64,000 bases of DNA from an uncultured Spirochaetota bacterium (lineage in GTDB: Bacteria; Spirochaetota; Spirochaetia; SZUA-6; Fen-1364): assembly GCA_963781885.1 (NCBI GenBank), contig CAWAHW010000005.1, positions 96,001 through 160,000 on the forward strand, given 5' to 3'. A program made the position numbers and the translations under genes. Positions within the stretch are counted from its first letter, which is position 1, and each line of letters starts with the position of its first letter. This document shows, in pieces, positions 20,443 through 30,363 of the stretch. The notes beneath the pieces are model-generated. The model did not search any database, was not told the DNA's origin, and saw only the letters and a program-made list of their open reading frames with translations.

Positions 20443-20913
20443 ATGAAAAAGCGTTTGTTCACGGATTCCGGCGTTCCCCCGACAGAGGCCTTGCTGCGCA
20501 AACAGATGGGAAAGGCTTTCGACTACTACACGAGCATGCTCTCGATATCCGGACAGTACCGCAAGCAGTGGCAATACGGCAGCGGCAGCGGATGGCTCCT
20601 CAAGGTCGATGACATGCGCAAGGCTTTGTTCTACCTGATGCCCTTTGACCTCGGCATCGACATCAGTCTCGCCATACGCGACGCCGAGCGGGAGGAGCTC
20701 ATGCAGCACAAGCAGATCGAGCTGTTTTATCCGCAGTTGGCGTTGGCGCAAAAATACGCTGAAGGATATGCCCTCCGATTCGAAATAGAAAACGACACGA
20801 GCTGCGTGGTCGCCATGGCGCTCGTTCAGAAGCTGATCGATATTCGCGCGTCGAAGTCTGACCACGGGATCAGGCAGTCAAGACTAAAAAAAACGGCAAA
20901 GCTGCCGCGGTAG
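20443..20913 (+). CDS. DUF3788-like protein
   Basis: PTE..L...MG, W.Y....GW.LK....KALFYL.P, A.KY.EG..L.FE pattern. Confidence 0.7.
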   Translation: MKKRLFTDSGVPPTEALLRKQMGKAFDYYTSMLSISGQYRKQWQYGSGSGWLLKVDDMRKALFYLMPFDLGIDISLAIRDAEREELMQHKQIELFYPQLALAQKYAEGYALRFEIENDTSCVVAMALVQKLIDIRASKSDHGIRQSRLKKTAKLPR

Positions 20914-21143
20914 AGGCCGCCGGTCCCGCCTGACAAGCCGCTCTCGTAGAAGGCGGCTCTCCAGAGTCATTTTTTCTGTCTGATTCCTGCGCGCGATGAA
21001 GAAATATCCGCGATCGGAGTGTCATCGCCTTCCTGGCTGGGTGTTGCCCATGGCGATCAATCGGTGAAGAATTGAACCGGCCGCTGGCAGTCCTGAAAAT
21101 AGGGGCTGCGAGAGATATACTAAATGGCGGAAAGGAGTGAAAC

Positions 21144-21773
21144 GTGAAATATGTCCAATTCTACAAGCGCGACTCACTACTTTGCACGTCCGGTCTACTT
21201 CTTTCCGGAAGCCCGAGAAAATCGGAAGAGTTGCTGGACCAGATAAGCTGGGGGGGAGACGGAAACGGGTTTCTGCAGCTCCGCACTAGCGACGAACGTC
21301 TCTGTGAGTCCTCCGCATGGCTCGCGTTCAATGAAACGCTCGAAAGCTCAATGTCGAGCGTGACAATCACCACGAAAAAGGTCACCGGATCGCATTATTC
21401 CGGCTACGGACCGACTTTTTGCTATCAGGACAGCAATAACTTCTATTGCTGTCTCATCTGCGCGACAGGTCAATTCAGCGTCCACAAATGCGTTGCCGGC
21501 GACTGGGCGACGATCATTCCCTGGACCGTCAAGCCGTCCCCGCACCTGAAATCGGGCAACAACGCGGTCAACACGATTGCCGTCATCTCAAAGGCCGACA
21601 ATCATTTCCAGGTCTTCTTCAACGGCACCCGGGAAGCCACGTTCGAGGACCGGGCGCTCGCGGGCGGGAAATGTGGCTTCTTCGCCTCGATCGGCCACAA
21701 ATCGAAGCAAAGCTTCCCGGAGATTCCGGAAGATATCCGCTTCCGCCTGGAAAAGCCGGTGAAGGTGCCGTAG
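21144..21773 (+). CDS. Hypothetical beta-sandwich (lectin/DUF1080-like) protein
   Basis: AAAGGAG RBS; GYG..F.YQD.NNFY..LI...G.F, N.I.V......F.VFFNG, GG..GFF. Confidence 0.55.
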   Translation: MKYVQFYKRDSLLCTSGLLLSGSPRKSEELLDQISWGGDGNGFLQLRTSDERLCESSAWLAFNETLESSMSSVTITTKKVTGSHYSGYGPTFCYQDSNNFYCCLICATGQFSVHKCVAGDWATIIPWTVKPSPHLKSGNNAVNTIAVISKADNHFQVFFNGTREATFEDRALAGGKCGFFASIGHKSKQSFPEIPEDIRFRLEKPVKVP

Positions 21774-21853
21774 GGAGGCATGGAGCAGCGACAGCATTGC
21801 CGACCGTGCCCAAAGCGTGAATGATGTGTATGGTTGCCGCAGGCACTGGAGCA

Positions 21854-22696
21854 ATGAAGATGTATTGCCCGAGCGGATTTGATTGCAGAAGGTCTCTTCA
21901 ACTCGCCGAATTGACCTGTAGCGCGTACGGGCAACTGAACGCGTTTCAAAAGGATCTCCCGTGGCGGCCTCCCCCGGGCTATGCGCTCGTTGCGGATCTA
22001 CGCTACGTGGAAGCCAAGGGCGGAATCAAAAAGCGGATCGTGACGCATCTCAGTCATGAGCTTGGCGGCTTGTCAGCAAATCAGAAGGGCAGGGGCCTGC
22101 CGATAGGTTTCATCGCGGAGAAGGGCGCGGACGTGTACCTTGTCTTCCGCGGCACCATGACGCCGACCGAATGGCTGCGGGATTTCAATGTCCATCTCAC
22201 CCCATACCCTTACCGGAGCTTCGGCAAGGTTCACGATGGATTTCTTCAGGTCTACGACATTTTCCATGCGGCCATTTGCGACGCTCTCTCGGGCATACGC
22301 GCGCGGGGCAGGCTGTTCATTGCCGGGCACAGTCTGGGAGCTGCCCTTTCGATACTTGCAGCTCCTGACATTGCAGCCCACACCCCTTTCTCCACCCCTG
22401 AAATCCACACGTTCGCCTCGCCACGCGTAGGCGACAGGGATTTTGTCGACGCGTACAACAAGGCATTCACGGGAAGATCGTTTCGAATTGCCAATACATC
22501 GGATATCGTCCCGTCGATGCCTTTTCCGGTGCCCTTCCTCGGCTTTATCGGCGGCTACTTCACGCATGTCGATGTGCCCGTGGAGTTCACGACCCAGCTG
22601 GAGGACGTGGAAAAAAACCACGGCATCGCAACCTACGTGAACGCCCTGAAAGAGGGAGCCGGGCGCGGGAGTTTCTTGCGGTACTTCAGGAGATGA
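21854..22696 (+). CDS. Lipase class 3 family protein
   Basis: LVFRGT, GKVHDGF, nucleophile elbow AGHSLGAAL, TFASPRVGD, DIVP, terminal His (NHG). Confidence 0.9.
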   Translation: MKMYCPSGFDCRRSLQLAELTCSAYGQLNAFQKDLPWRPPPGYALVADLRYVEAKGGIKKRIVTHLSHELGGLSANQKGRGLPIGFIAEKGADVYLVFRGTMTPTEWLRDFNVHLTPYPYRSFGKVHDGFLQVYDIFHAAICDALSGIRARGRLFIAGHSLGAALSILAAPDIAAHTPFSTPEIHTFASPRVGDRDFVDAYNKAFTGRSFRIANTSDIVPSMPFPVPFLGFIGGYFTHVDVPVEFTTQLEDVEKNHGIATYVNALKEGAGRGSFLRYFRR

Positions 22697-22754
22697 GACA
22701 AACGAGGTCGAGAGCGCTTTGGAGAAAAACGCGTAGGGAAAAGGGGGTCCATGA

Positions 22755-23054
22755 GTGAAAGGAATTCGATTCCTGCTGGTGCTTCTTGTCGTCGCCGTCG
22801 CTGTCATCGGCTGCGCTCCGGGGCCGAACGGCTTTGCAGGCACGCCGAGCCAGAACGGTTTTGTGCCCGGCTTCTGGCAGGGGCTGTGGAACGGGGTGAT
22901 CGCGCCTGTCACCTTCATCATTTCTCTCTTCAACAAAGGCGTCCAGATGTACGAGGTGCACAACAACGGCGGGTGGTATAATCTCGGCTTTCTCCTCGGC
23001 ATCACGGCACTCTGGGGCGGAGGCGGGGCTGCGGCGAGACGATCCAGGGGCTGA
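22755..23054 (+). CDS. Small conserved membrane lipoprotein
   Basis: Lipobox VIGC; GFWQGLWNG.IAP.TFIISLF..V.MYEVHNNGGWYNLGF. Confidence 0.7.
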   Translation: MKGIRFLLVLLVVAVAVIGCAPGPNGFAGTPSQNGFVPGFWQGLWNGVIAPVTFIISLFNKGVQMYEVHNNGGWYNLGFLLGITALWGGGGAAARRSRG

Positions 23055-23155
23055 AGCCTCATCGACGGGGCCCGGCAACGACATTGACAAGATCGCCGCC
23101 GGGCCCAAGGATGGAGGCATAGCGGTGTCCTGATGGTCCTTGCGGAGGGAACATT

Positions 23156-23775
23156 ATGAAACCTGCAATAAAGATTGTTCTGGCTCTCTTCGTCTTTGCG
23201 CTCGTCCCCGCTGCCCTGTTCGCAAATGGAGGCGGCGGAGTGGAGTACATCACCAATGCGGGCTCCGATGTCCTCGGCACAACGCTTTTTCGCGGAAGCA
23301 TTATCGACATGCCGACAAGCTCGGTGACGGCTCTTTCCGCCTTCGGTTTCGGGCTCACGCGCGGGGGCTGGAAGATCGGCGGTTTTGGCACGGGCTTCTT
23401 CACCCAGGACTTTGCGCTGCCAATCCCGGAAGCGGGGATGATCGTCAACCGCGCGGCAAGCGGCTTCGGCGGCATCATTTCCGGCGGCATGGGAAGGTTC
23501 GGGCCCTTTGCGTTTTGCGATCAATACGAGGCTGGGGGCCGGCGGGACTTGCCGTCATGGGAAGCTGGACAAACGGGGCGCAAGTCTCGCCGATGGTGAC
23601 CGGCACCTTCGCGCTTTTCGGCTCGGTGGACGCGGAGCTGGGCTTCATTGTCGTTCCGGCGATGCTCGTCTCCGTCTATGCCGGCATCGATGCAGTGGCG
23701 CCCATCTCTCCGTTTTTCGTGGCCCTGCTCGCCGTTCCGACCTTCGGCGCGCGCATCACGTGGGGAAGATTCTGA
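23156..23775 (+). CDS. Secreted Gly-rich putative outer-membrane beta-barrel protein, two indels (~23515, ~23546)
   Basis: GGAGG RBS, signal peptide; joining three frames gives ...GPFAFAINTRLGAGGLAVMGSW...GARITWGRF. Confidence 0.5.
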
Positions 23776-23883
23776 CGGCGAACCGCGCCCTCGGCAAATG
23801 CATGCCACTCCCTGATCTCCGCCGGCCCAAACCTTGCCCGCTGCAGAATCTCAGAGAAAATGCCGTCTCATGTCATTGATTTG

Positions 23884-23957
23884 TGGGCAATGCGCGATTC
23901 GAACGCGCGGCCTATGGCTCCGGAGGCCATCGCTCTATCCAACTGAGCTAATTGCCC
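23884..23957 (-). tRNA. tRNA-Arg(CCG)
   Basis: GGGCAATTAGCTCAGTTGGATAGAGCGATGGCCTCCGGAGCCATAGGCCGCGCGTTCGAATCGCGCATTGCCCA; cloverleaf, CCA not encoded. Confidence 0.95.
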
Positions 23958-24020
23958 AAATGCGAGGAACATGCAATCCTCGTTCCCGCAACAGTCCAAC
24001 GATAATGGGAAGGCAGGCAT

Positions 24021-25575
24021 TTGTCAACCAAACCGTTCGAACGCGTGGTGTGGATCGTCCTGGACGGCATGGGATTCGAGCATGCACGCCTCTGTATCGA
24101 GTCCGGAGCCTGCCCCGGCATTGCACGGATGCAAAGAGAAGGCTACCTGGGAGCCGCGGTCCCGTCCACTCCTGCCTGCCAGAACGCCGTCGGCGCTGAC
24201 GGCGCTTTTTTCCGGGGCTGAGCCGGAACAAAGCGGCATCTGGGGATACCGCGTGCCCGATGGGAAGACCCTGGACGGCGTCGCAAGCGGCTTCAGCGTC
24301 GCGCCGCGGAATGCGACCACGCTGTGGGGGGAATTGGGCCGGCGGAACACGCGATTCTCGATCATGAATGTCGCTTTTCGAAAAGACCCGGTGTGGGCGG
24401 GCAACGGGGCGGGGCTTGACTTTGCTTATGATGGTTACCGGCTTGCGCGCGGGTCAAAGTTCATTCCGCTCTCCGGCCACGATGAAGAGCTTACAGTCCA
24501 GGGCATCAGGCTGCGATTTCGCGCGCTGAAAGACGGCGTCGAGATTCGAAAAAGCACCGGCAAAAGCTTTCATCTGAGCGTGGGCGAGGGGAAGATCGTC
24601 AACCCCACGCGGGGAAGCGCTTTTTATGCGTATCTCCCTGAGCGCTCCCTGCTGGGTGTGACGCCGTTATTCTCCCCCTTGGTGCGCGGCAGCGCCGTTC
24701 CCGCGGGAGCTGCCGCACCGACGTGGGAGCTCAATGCATTTTTCCGGGTGCGCCGGTTGAACAAGGAGCGCACGGAAGAGGCGGCGATTCCCGTCGAGGT
24801 CGAGACGGCACCGTCGGCGGCCAACTTCGCGCTGAAGGGGGAGCTGCTGCTGCATGCCGTCAAGGATTGCCCGTCGCGGCTGGTGGTCGGCTATTTTCCC
24901 GTGATCGACGAGCTCAACCACGCATATGCCGATCTTCTCCAGACCGAATGGCCCTTGGGTCGCACGTCGCGCCTTTTTCTTTCCTGCGCGGGCCTAGTGG
25001 ATCGCCTTCTCTCTCGCGTGATGGAGACAGTGGGACCGGAGACGCTCCTTGTCGTTTCGTCCGACCACGGCGCAGTCCCGTTTCACGGCATGCTGCATCT
25101 GAACGAAGTCTTTGCGCGGGAGGGCTTGGTGAAAAGGGCAGGGCGGGGGTACGCGCTCCGTCAGTCGGAGCTTTTCTACCATCCGTCGGAGAGCGGTCTC
25201 GTGGTCATGGGCCGCCACATGGATCGTACGGCCGCGTTGCGCCGTCTTCAAAAGGCACTGGCGCGGGCCGAGGCGGAGAACGGCGTGCGTATCGGCGCGA
25301 TCGAGGCGAAGCCCGACGACCCATTTCTCGCATTCCTCTTCCCGCAGGGGGAGGCATCGTTCGACGCCTCCCCGCCGCGCCGCGGGGGAAATGCATTCGA
25401 CAGTGGGAAGTCCGGCGGCCACCACATGTCGCCGCTGTGTCCGACGCCGTGGATACAGGCGATGCTCGGCCTGTGGTCGGCCCGGTCGACGAGGCTCGCG
25501 GGTGAGCTCGACGGGATACCGACGCGCAACAGGGAGCTGAAGGACTTTCTCCTGAACATGATGGGTGAGGGGTGA
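24021..25575 (+). CDS. Alkaline-phosphatase-superfamily (phosphodiesterase/NPP-like) protein, frameshift near 24183
   Basis: VWIVLDGM, PACQ/TPSALTALFSG, YFPVIDELNH, VSSDHG, SGGH. Confidence 0.7.
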
Positions 25576-26159
25576 AGATGGAGACGATTATTCTGGCGTC
25601 CGGCTCGCCGCGCCGCAGGGAGATGCTCAACAAGGTGAAGCTTCCCGTGAAGGTGATTCCCCCCGAAGTGAACGAGGACTACGGGACCGGCGCCCCGGCG
25701 ACGGAGCTTGTGGCAAAGATCGCCCGCAGCAAGGTGGAAGCGATCATGGGCCTCTTCAAGACAGAGTCGCCGCGGTGGGTGCTGGGCCTCGACACCGTGG
25801 TCGTCGTGGACGGCGCGATACTAGGAAAGCCCACGGGGCCCGAAGAGGCTGAAAAGATGCTGCGCATGCTTTCCGGCAAGGTGCACAACGTCTACTCCGG
25901 CATCGCCCTGCTCGTCGAACGCGGAAAGCCGATCGAGGAGGAAGTGGTGTGCACGGAGGTGAAATTCCGCGCCATGGCGCCTGACGAGCTTCGCTTTTAC
26001 GTCGACACGGGAGAGTGGGCGGGTGCCGCGGGCGGATACAGGATCCAGGAGAGGGGCGCTTTCTTCGTGGAGTGGATCCGGGGCTCCTACAGCAACGTCG
26101 TAGGCTTGCCACTTGAGGCGTTTTATGGCATCTTGGTCAGGAACGAATACCATTTTTGA
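25572..26159 (+). CDS. maf: Maf nucleoside triphosphate pyrophosphatase
   Basis: ILASGSPRRREML, DTVVVVDG.ILGKP, LSGKVH, GSYSNVVGLPL. Confidence 0.93.
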   Translation: MKMETIILASGSPRRREMLNKVKLPVKVIPPEVNEDYGTGAPATELVAKIARSKVEAIMGLFKTESPRWVLGLDTVVVVDGAILGKPTGPEEAEKMLRMLSGKVHNVYSGIALLVERGKPIEEEVVCTEVKFRAMAPDELRFYVDTGEWAGAAGGYRIQERGAFFVEWIRGSYSNVVGLPLEAFYGILVRNEYHF

Positions 26160-26228
26160 CCCTTTCTATCTCGCCCGTCCGTACCGGAGGGGCGTAAAAG
26201 CCAACGAGAGAGGGGAAGGAGGACCATT

Positions 26229-27198
26229 TTGGCTGTCGTCACGATGAAAAACCTGCTTGAGTCGGGGGTCCATTTCGGACACCAGACCAAGAGGTGGGAC
26301 CCGCGGATGAAGAAGTACATCTTCGCCGAGCGGAATGGCATCCATATCATCGATCTGCAGAAGACAATCGTCGCCATCAAGGACGCCTATGAGGCGGTCC
26401 GCAAGACCGTGCTGGCCGGAAAGTCCGTTCTTTTCGTCGGCACGAAGAAGCAGGCGCAGCAGACGGTGGAGCGCGAGGCGAAACGCTGCAACATGTTCTT
26501 CGTGAACAACCGCTGGCTGGGCGGCATGCTCACCAATTTCGCCACGATCAAGAAATCACTCCTCCGCCTGAAGAAGCTGGAGAAGATGGAGATCGACGGC
26601 ACCTTTGAGAACCTCACGAAAAAGGAAATCGCGCGCCTGATGAAGGAAAGGAGCCAGCTGGAGAAGAACCTCGGCGGCATCAAGGAAATGAAGGAGCTGC
26701 CGGGCATCGTCTTCGTGATCGACACGCGCAAGGAGTCGATCGCCGTCACCGAAGCGCGCAAGGTGAATGTGCCCGATCGTTGCGGTGGTGGACACCAACT
26801 GCAACCCGGAAGGCATCACGTTCCCGATTCCCGGGAATGACGACGCAATCCGCGCCATCAATCTCTTCACGCAGATCATCGCCAACGCGGTGATCGAGGC
26901 GGAGAACGAGGTCGGCCTCGAGGTCGTCGAGACGCTCCAGGAATCGCAGGGCGAGGAAGTGTTCGCGGAGGCCATCGACAAGGGCGAGTTCGCCGCGCAG
27001 TCCAAGTACGACCAGGAAGAGGTGGAGAAGGTCCCCGTTGCCGCCGTCCTGGGCGCTCCCGCGGTCGCGGAAGAGGCGGGCACGGGCTTCACCGACAAGG
27101 ACTACTCCAACTACAATCCCGACGAGGTCGGCAAAAAGGAAGATTCTCCCACCCCCGAAGAGCCCGAGATCGACGAAGACAAGCTGTACAAGGAATAG
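26229..27198 (+). CDS. rpsB: 30S ribosomal protein S2, frameshift near 26772 (probable assembly error)
   Basis: [29 protein letters not shown]; continues [25 protein letters not shown] in next frame. Confidence 0.95.
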
Positions 27199-27206
27199 GG
27201 GGAAAC

Positions 27207-28043
27207 ATGGAGATCAAGGCAACCGAGGTCAAACGGCTCCGGGAAAAGACCGGAGCGGGCATGATGGACTGCAAGAACGCTCTGACCAAGTCGGAGGGCG
27301 ATTTCGACAAGGCGGAGAGGCTGCTGAAAGAGCAGGGCCTTGCCGCGGCGGTGAAGAAGAGCGACCGGGTGACGAACAGCGGCAAGATCTTCTCCCGCAT
27401 CGTGCCGTCGAAGGGCATCCTGCTGGAGCTCACCTGTGAGACGGATTTCGTCGCGCGCAACAGCCTCTTCCACGAGCTCGGCGAGGCGCTCCTCACGAAG
27501 GTGATTGCGCAGAATCTCACCGCCCCGACGGAAGAGCTCGAGCTCATGGTGAAAGAGACCATCGGCAAGATCAAGGAGAACATGCAGCTGCGCCACATCG
27601 CCACCATGCCGGTGGTGGCGAACGAGATGCTCGTGGAATACGTCCACGACAACCGCATCGGCGTCATGCTCCGATTCACCCTTGGCGATGCAAAGCTCAA
27701 GGACAACGCGCGGGTGAAGGAGATCACCTTCGACTGCGCGCTCCATGCGGCGGCATTCGCGCCCCTGTTCCTGTCCAAGGACAAGGTGGGCGCTGCCTTC
27801 CTCAAGGAGCAGGAGGAGATATTCGCAAAGCAGGCGGAGAACCTGGGCAAGCCGGCGAATGTCCTCCAGGGCATCATCAAGGGCAAGCTCAACAAGATGC
27901 TGTCCGAGATCTGTCTCCTGGAGCAGCCCTTCGTGAAGGACGACAAGCGGAAGGTGTCCGCGGTGCTGGAGGAGCTTTCCAAGGAGGTCGGTTCCAAGGT
28001 GGCGCTCGTCGACTACGCCTACATGAAGCTGGGCGGTGAATGA
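27207..28043 (+). CDS. tsf: Elongation factor Ts
   Basis: VKRLREKTGAGMMDCKNAL, CETDFVA, LLEQPFVKD. Confidence 0.97.
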   Translation: MEIKATEVKRLREKTGAGMMDCKNALTKSEGDFDKAERLLKEQGLAAAVKKSDRVTNSGKIFSRIVPSKGILLELTCETDFVARNSLFHELGEALLTKVIAQNLTAPTEELELMVKETIGKIKENMQLRHIATMPVVANEMLVEYVHDNRIGVMLRFTLGDAKLKDNARVKEITFDCALHAAAFAPLFLSKDKVGAAFLKEQEEIFAKQAENLGKPANVLQGIIKGKLNKMLSEICLLEQPFVKDDKRKVSAVLEELSKEVGSKVALVDYAYMKLGGE

Positions 28044-28051
28044 CGACGGCT

Positions 28052-28078
28052 TCGACGGGAGCGGCGCGCTCCCGTCGA
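28052..28078. repeat. Perfect 12-bp inverted repeat between tsf and frr
   Basis: TCGACGGGAGCG-gcg-CGCTCCCGTCGA; no U-tract. Confidence 0.8.
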
Positions 28079-28169
28079 TCGACTCGCGCATCGCTGTCGG
28101 CCCCGGGGGCACGCACCCATGCAGGGGCCGGCGGCGGATTGCCGTTTCCATCCTGAAGGAGGCGCTTGC

Positions 28170-28730
28170 ATGACGCGGGACAAGATCAGGAGCCAGGCGG
28201 AGGAGCGGATGAAGAAGAGCATCCAGAGCCTCCAGGACGAGTTCAAGACGCTGCGGGGAAGCCGTGCCTCGCAGTCCCTGTTCGAAAAGATCAGGGTCGA
28301 CTACTACGGAAACAAGGTTCCCCTCAACCAGGTCGCCACGCTATCCATCCCGGAGGCGCGGCTGGTGATCATCCAGCCATGGGATCGCTCCGTGCTGGCG
28401 GACATCGAAAAAGCCATCCAGAAGTCGGAGCTCTCCGTCAATCCGAACAACGACGGCAAGGTCATCCGCATCAACATCCCGCCCCTCACGGAGGAGCGCC
28501 GCAAGGAGCTCGTCAAGCTCACGAAGAACACGGCGGAGCAGTCGCGTGTGTCCGTGCGCAACGTGCGGCGGGACGCGAATGAGGAGATCAAGAAGGCAAA
28601 GTCCGACTCGGAGCTGTCGGAGGACGAGGCGAAGAAGGCCACCGACGAGATCCAGAAGCTCACCGACAAGTACATCGAAGAAATCAACACGATGCTCGAT
28701 GCGAAGGAAAAGGAAATTCTCGAGGTGTGA
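28170..28730 (+). CDS. frr: Ribosome recycling factor
   Basis: VDYYG..VPLNQVA, IQPWD, NPNNDG, IPPLTEERRKELVK. Confidence 0.97.
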   Translation: MTRDKIRSQAEERMKKSIQSLQDEFKTLRGSRASQSLFEKIRVDYYGNKVPLNQVATLSIPEARLVIIQPWDRSVLADIEKAIQKSELSVNPNNDGKVIRINIPPLTEERRKELVKLTKNTAEQSRVSVRNVRRDANEEIKKAKSDSELSEDEAKKATDEIQKLTDKYIEEINTMLDAKEKEILEV

Positions 28731-29485
28731 GCGCCTCCCCGGATTCGCGCTCCCCGGCGGTACGGACGCCAACATCGGGTGACATCATGCTCGATCCCGC
28801 GAAGCTTCCCCGGCACGTGGGAATCATCATGGACGGCAACGGACGCTGGGCGACCGCCCGGGGAAAGCCCCGCGCCGAAGGTCACCTGGAGGGCGTGAAG
28901 GCCGCCAAGAGGATCGTGGCGGCCGCCGTGGAAGCGGGGCTTCCCATCCTCAGTCTCTACACGTTCTCCACGGAGAACTGGACCCGGGCGGAGGAAGAGG
29001 TTTCCTACCTCATGTTCCTCGTGCGCTCCTATTTGCGGAAGGAATACGACTTTTACCGGCGCAACGGCGTTCGCATCGTGCACTCCGGCGACCTGGAGCG
29101 TCTTCCGCGCGACATCGCGCAGGAGATCCAGGAGGTGACGCACGACACCTCCCGATTCACGGGTCTCACCGTCAATCTTTCCATCAATTACGGGGGGCGG
29201 GACGAGATCCTGCGCGCGTTCCGTCGGATGCTCGCCGCGGGCAGCGCAGGAGAGCTCAGCGAGGAGTCTTTTCATCGATACCTGGATCGACCCGAGCTGC
29301 CGGATCCGGACCTCATCATTCGCTCGGCGAACGAGAGGCGCCTGTCCAACTTCCTGATCTGGGAAGCAGCTTACGCGGAGCTGTATTTCAGCCCGAAGCT
29401 GTGGCCGGATTGGGACAGGGAGGACCTGTTCGGTGCGCTTGCCGACTACGCGCAGCGCTCACGCAAATTCGGGGGCACGACGTGA
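28727..29485 (+). CDS. uppS: Undecaprenyl diphosphate synthase (alternative start 28787)
   Basis: HVGIIMDGNGRWA, FSTENW.R, NYGGRDEI, RLSNFL. Confidence 0.95.
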   Translation: MSASPDSRSPAVRTPTSGDIMLDPAKLPRHVGIIMDGNGRWATARGKPRAEGHLEGVKAAKRIVAAAVEAGLPILSLYTFSTENWTRAEEEVSYLMFLVRSYLRKEYDFYRRNGVRIVHSGDLERLPRDIAQEIQEVTHDTSRFTGLTVNLSINYGGRDEILRAFRRMLAAGSAGELSEESFHRYLDRPELPDPDLIIRSANERRLSNFLIWEAAYAELYFSPKLWPDWDREDLFGALADYAQRSRKFGGTT

Positions 29486-30334
29486 ACTGGAGAGGTTTTT
29501 TTTCCCGCATTCTCCTCGTGTGCGTCTCCTTCCCCCTTCTCGGGGCCGCGATCCTCCTGCTGCCGCAGCTCCATCACCTTGCATTCAACGCGATCGTGAC
29601 GGCAGCCTCCGTGCTCGGCGCCCTGGAGACCGCGGCGCTGTTCCGCGCGCACAAGATGCCCGGCGCCGGCGCGCTCGCGCCGGCCCTCGCGGCGAGCATT
29701 CCGGCCGGAGCGTACCTGGAAATCTCCGGGTTGCTCGCGCCGGGATGGCTGGGCATATGGATTCCGACCGCCATCTGCATCCTGCTCGTCCGCTCGGTCT
29801 TTTTCCGCGGGAACGCGCACGCTGCGGACGGTGCTGTCCTTCGCCTCCTCGTCGCTTTTCATCTTCATCTATCCCGGGCTTTTCCTGTCGTGGATCGTCC
29901 GCATGTCGAGCCTTCCCGATGCGTCGCTTTCCATCCTTTATTTCCTCTGTCTCATTTTTGGCAATGACATGTCCGCTTATTTTGCCGGCAGCCTCTGGGG
30001 AAGCTCGACACGCCTGAATCTGGAGGTGAGCCCTCAGAAGAGCGTCGTCGGTTTTGCGGCCGGCCTGGTGGGCTCCCTGATCATCGTCGGACTCTTCTAT
30101 CTCTTCGCCCCCGGTTTCCCACCGCACGGACCGGCGTTCAACATTACGCTCGGACTCTGCACCGGCGTCATGGCGATACTCGGCGATCTCCTGGAGAGCG
30201 GCCTCAAGAGGTCCGCCGGGGTGAAGGATTCCGGCGGCGTCATCCCCGGTCGGGGCGGCATGCTCGACTCGGTGGACTCCATGCTATTCAGCGCGCCGCT
30301 GTTCTATTATTTTTTTGTATTGATCGCCCGGTAG
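29482..30334 (+). CDS. cdsA: Phosphatidate cytidylyltransferase, frameshift near 29810
   Basis: ND..AYFAG, VSPQKS..G, GDLLESGLKRSAGVKDSG..IPGRGGMLDSVDS. Confidence 0.92.
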
Positions 30335-30363
30335 GCGGCGCAGTCCGTGAAGGGATGTGAACA

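Noticed and set aside
20928-20960. GCCTGACAAGCCGC resembling an attC R'' end after the DUF3788-like gene
   Set aside because: GAC instead of AAC, and no complementary GTTRRRY or GTCAGGC downstream; at most a remnant or terminator hairpin
26760-26790. Programmed frameshift or pseudogene in rpsB (also argS, cdsA)
   Set aside because: Single extra base in a short homopolymer, no slippery heptamer, and one of many similar indels; assembly error is more parsimonious
28044-28169. Absence of pyrH between tsf and frr
   Set aside because: Usual arrangement in spirochaetes, so not a novel loss
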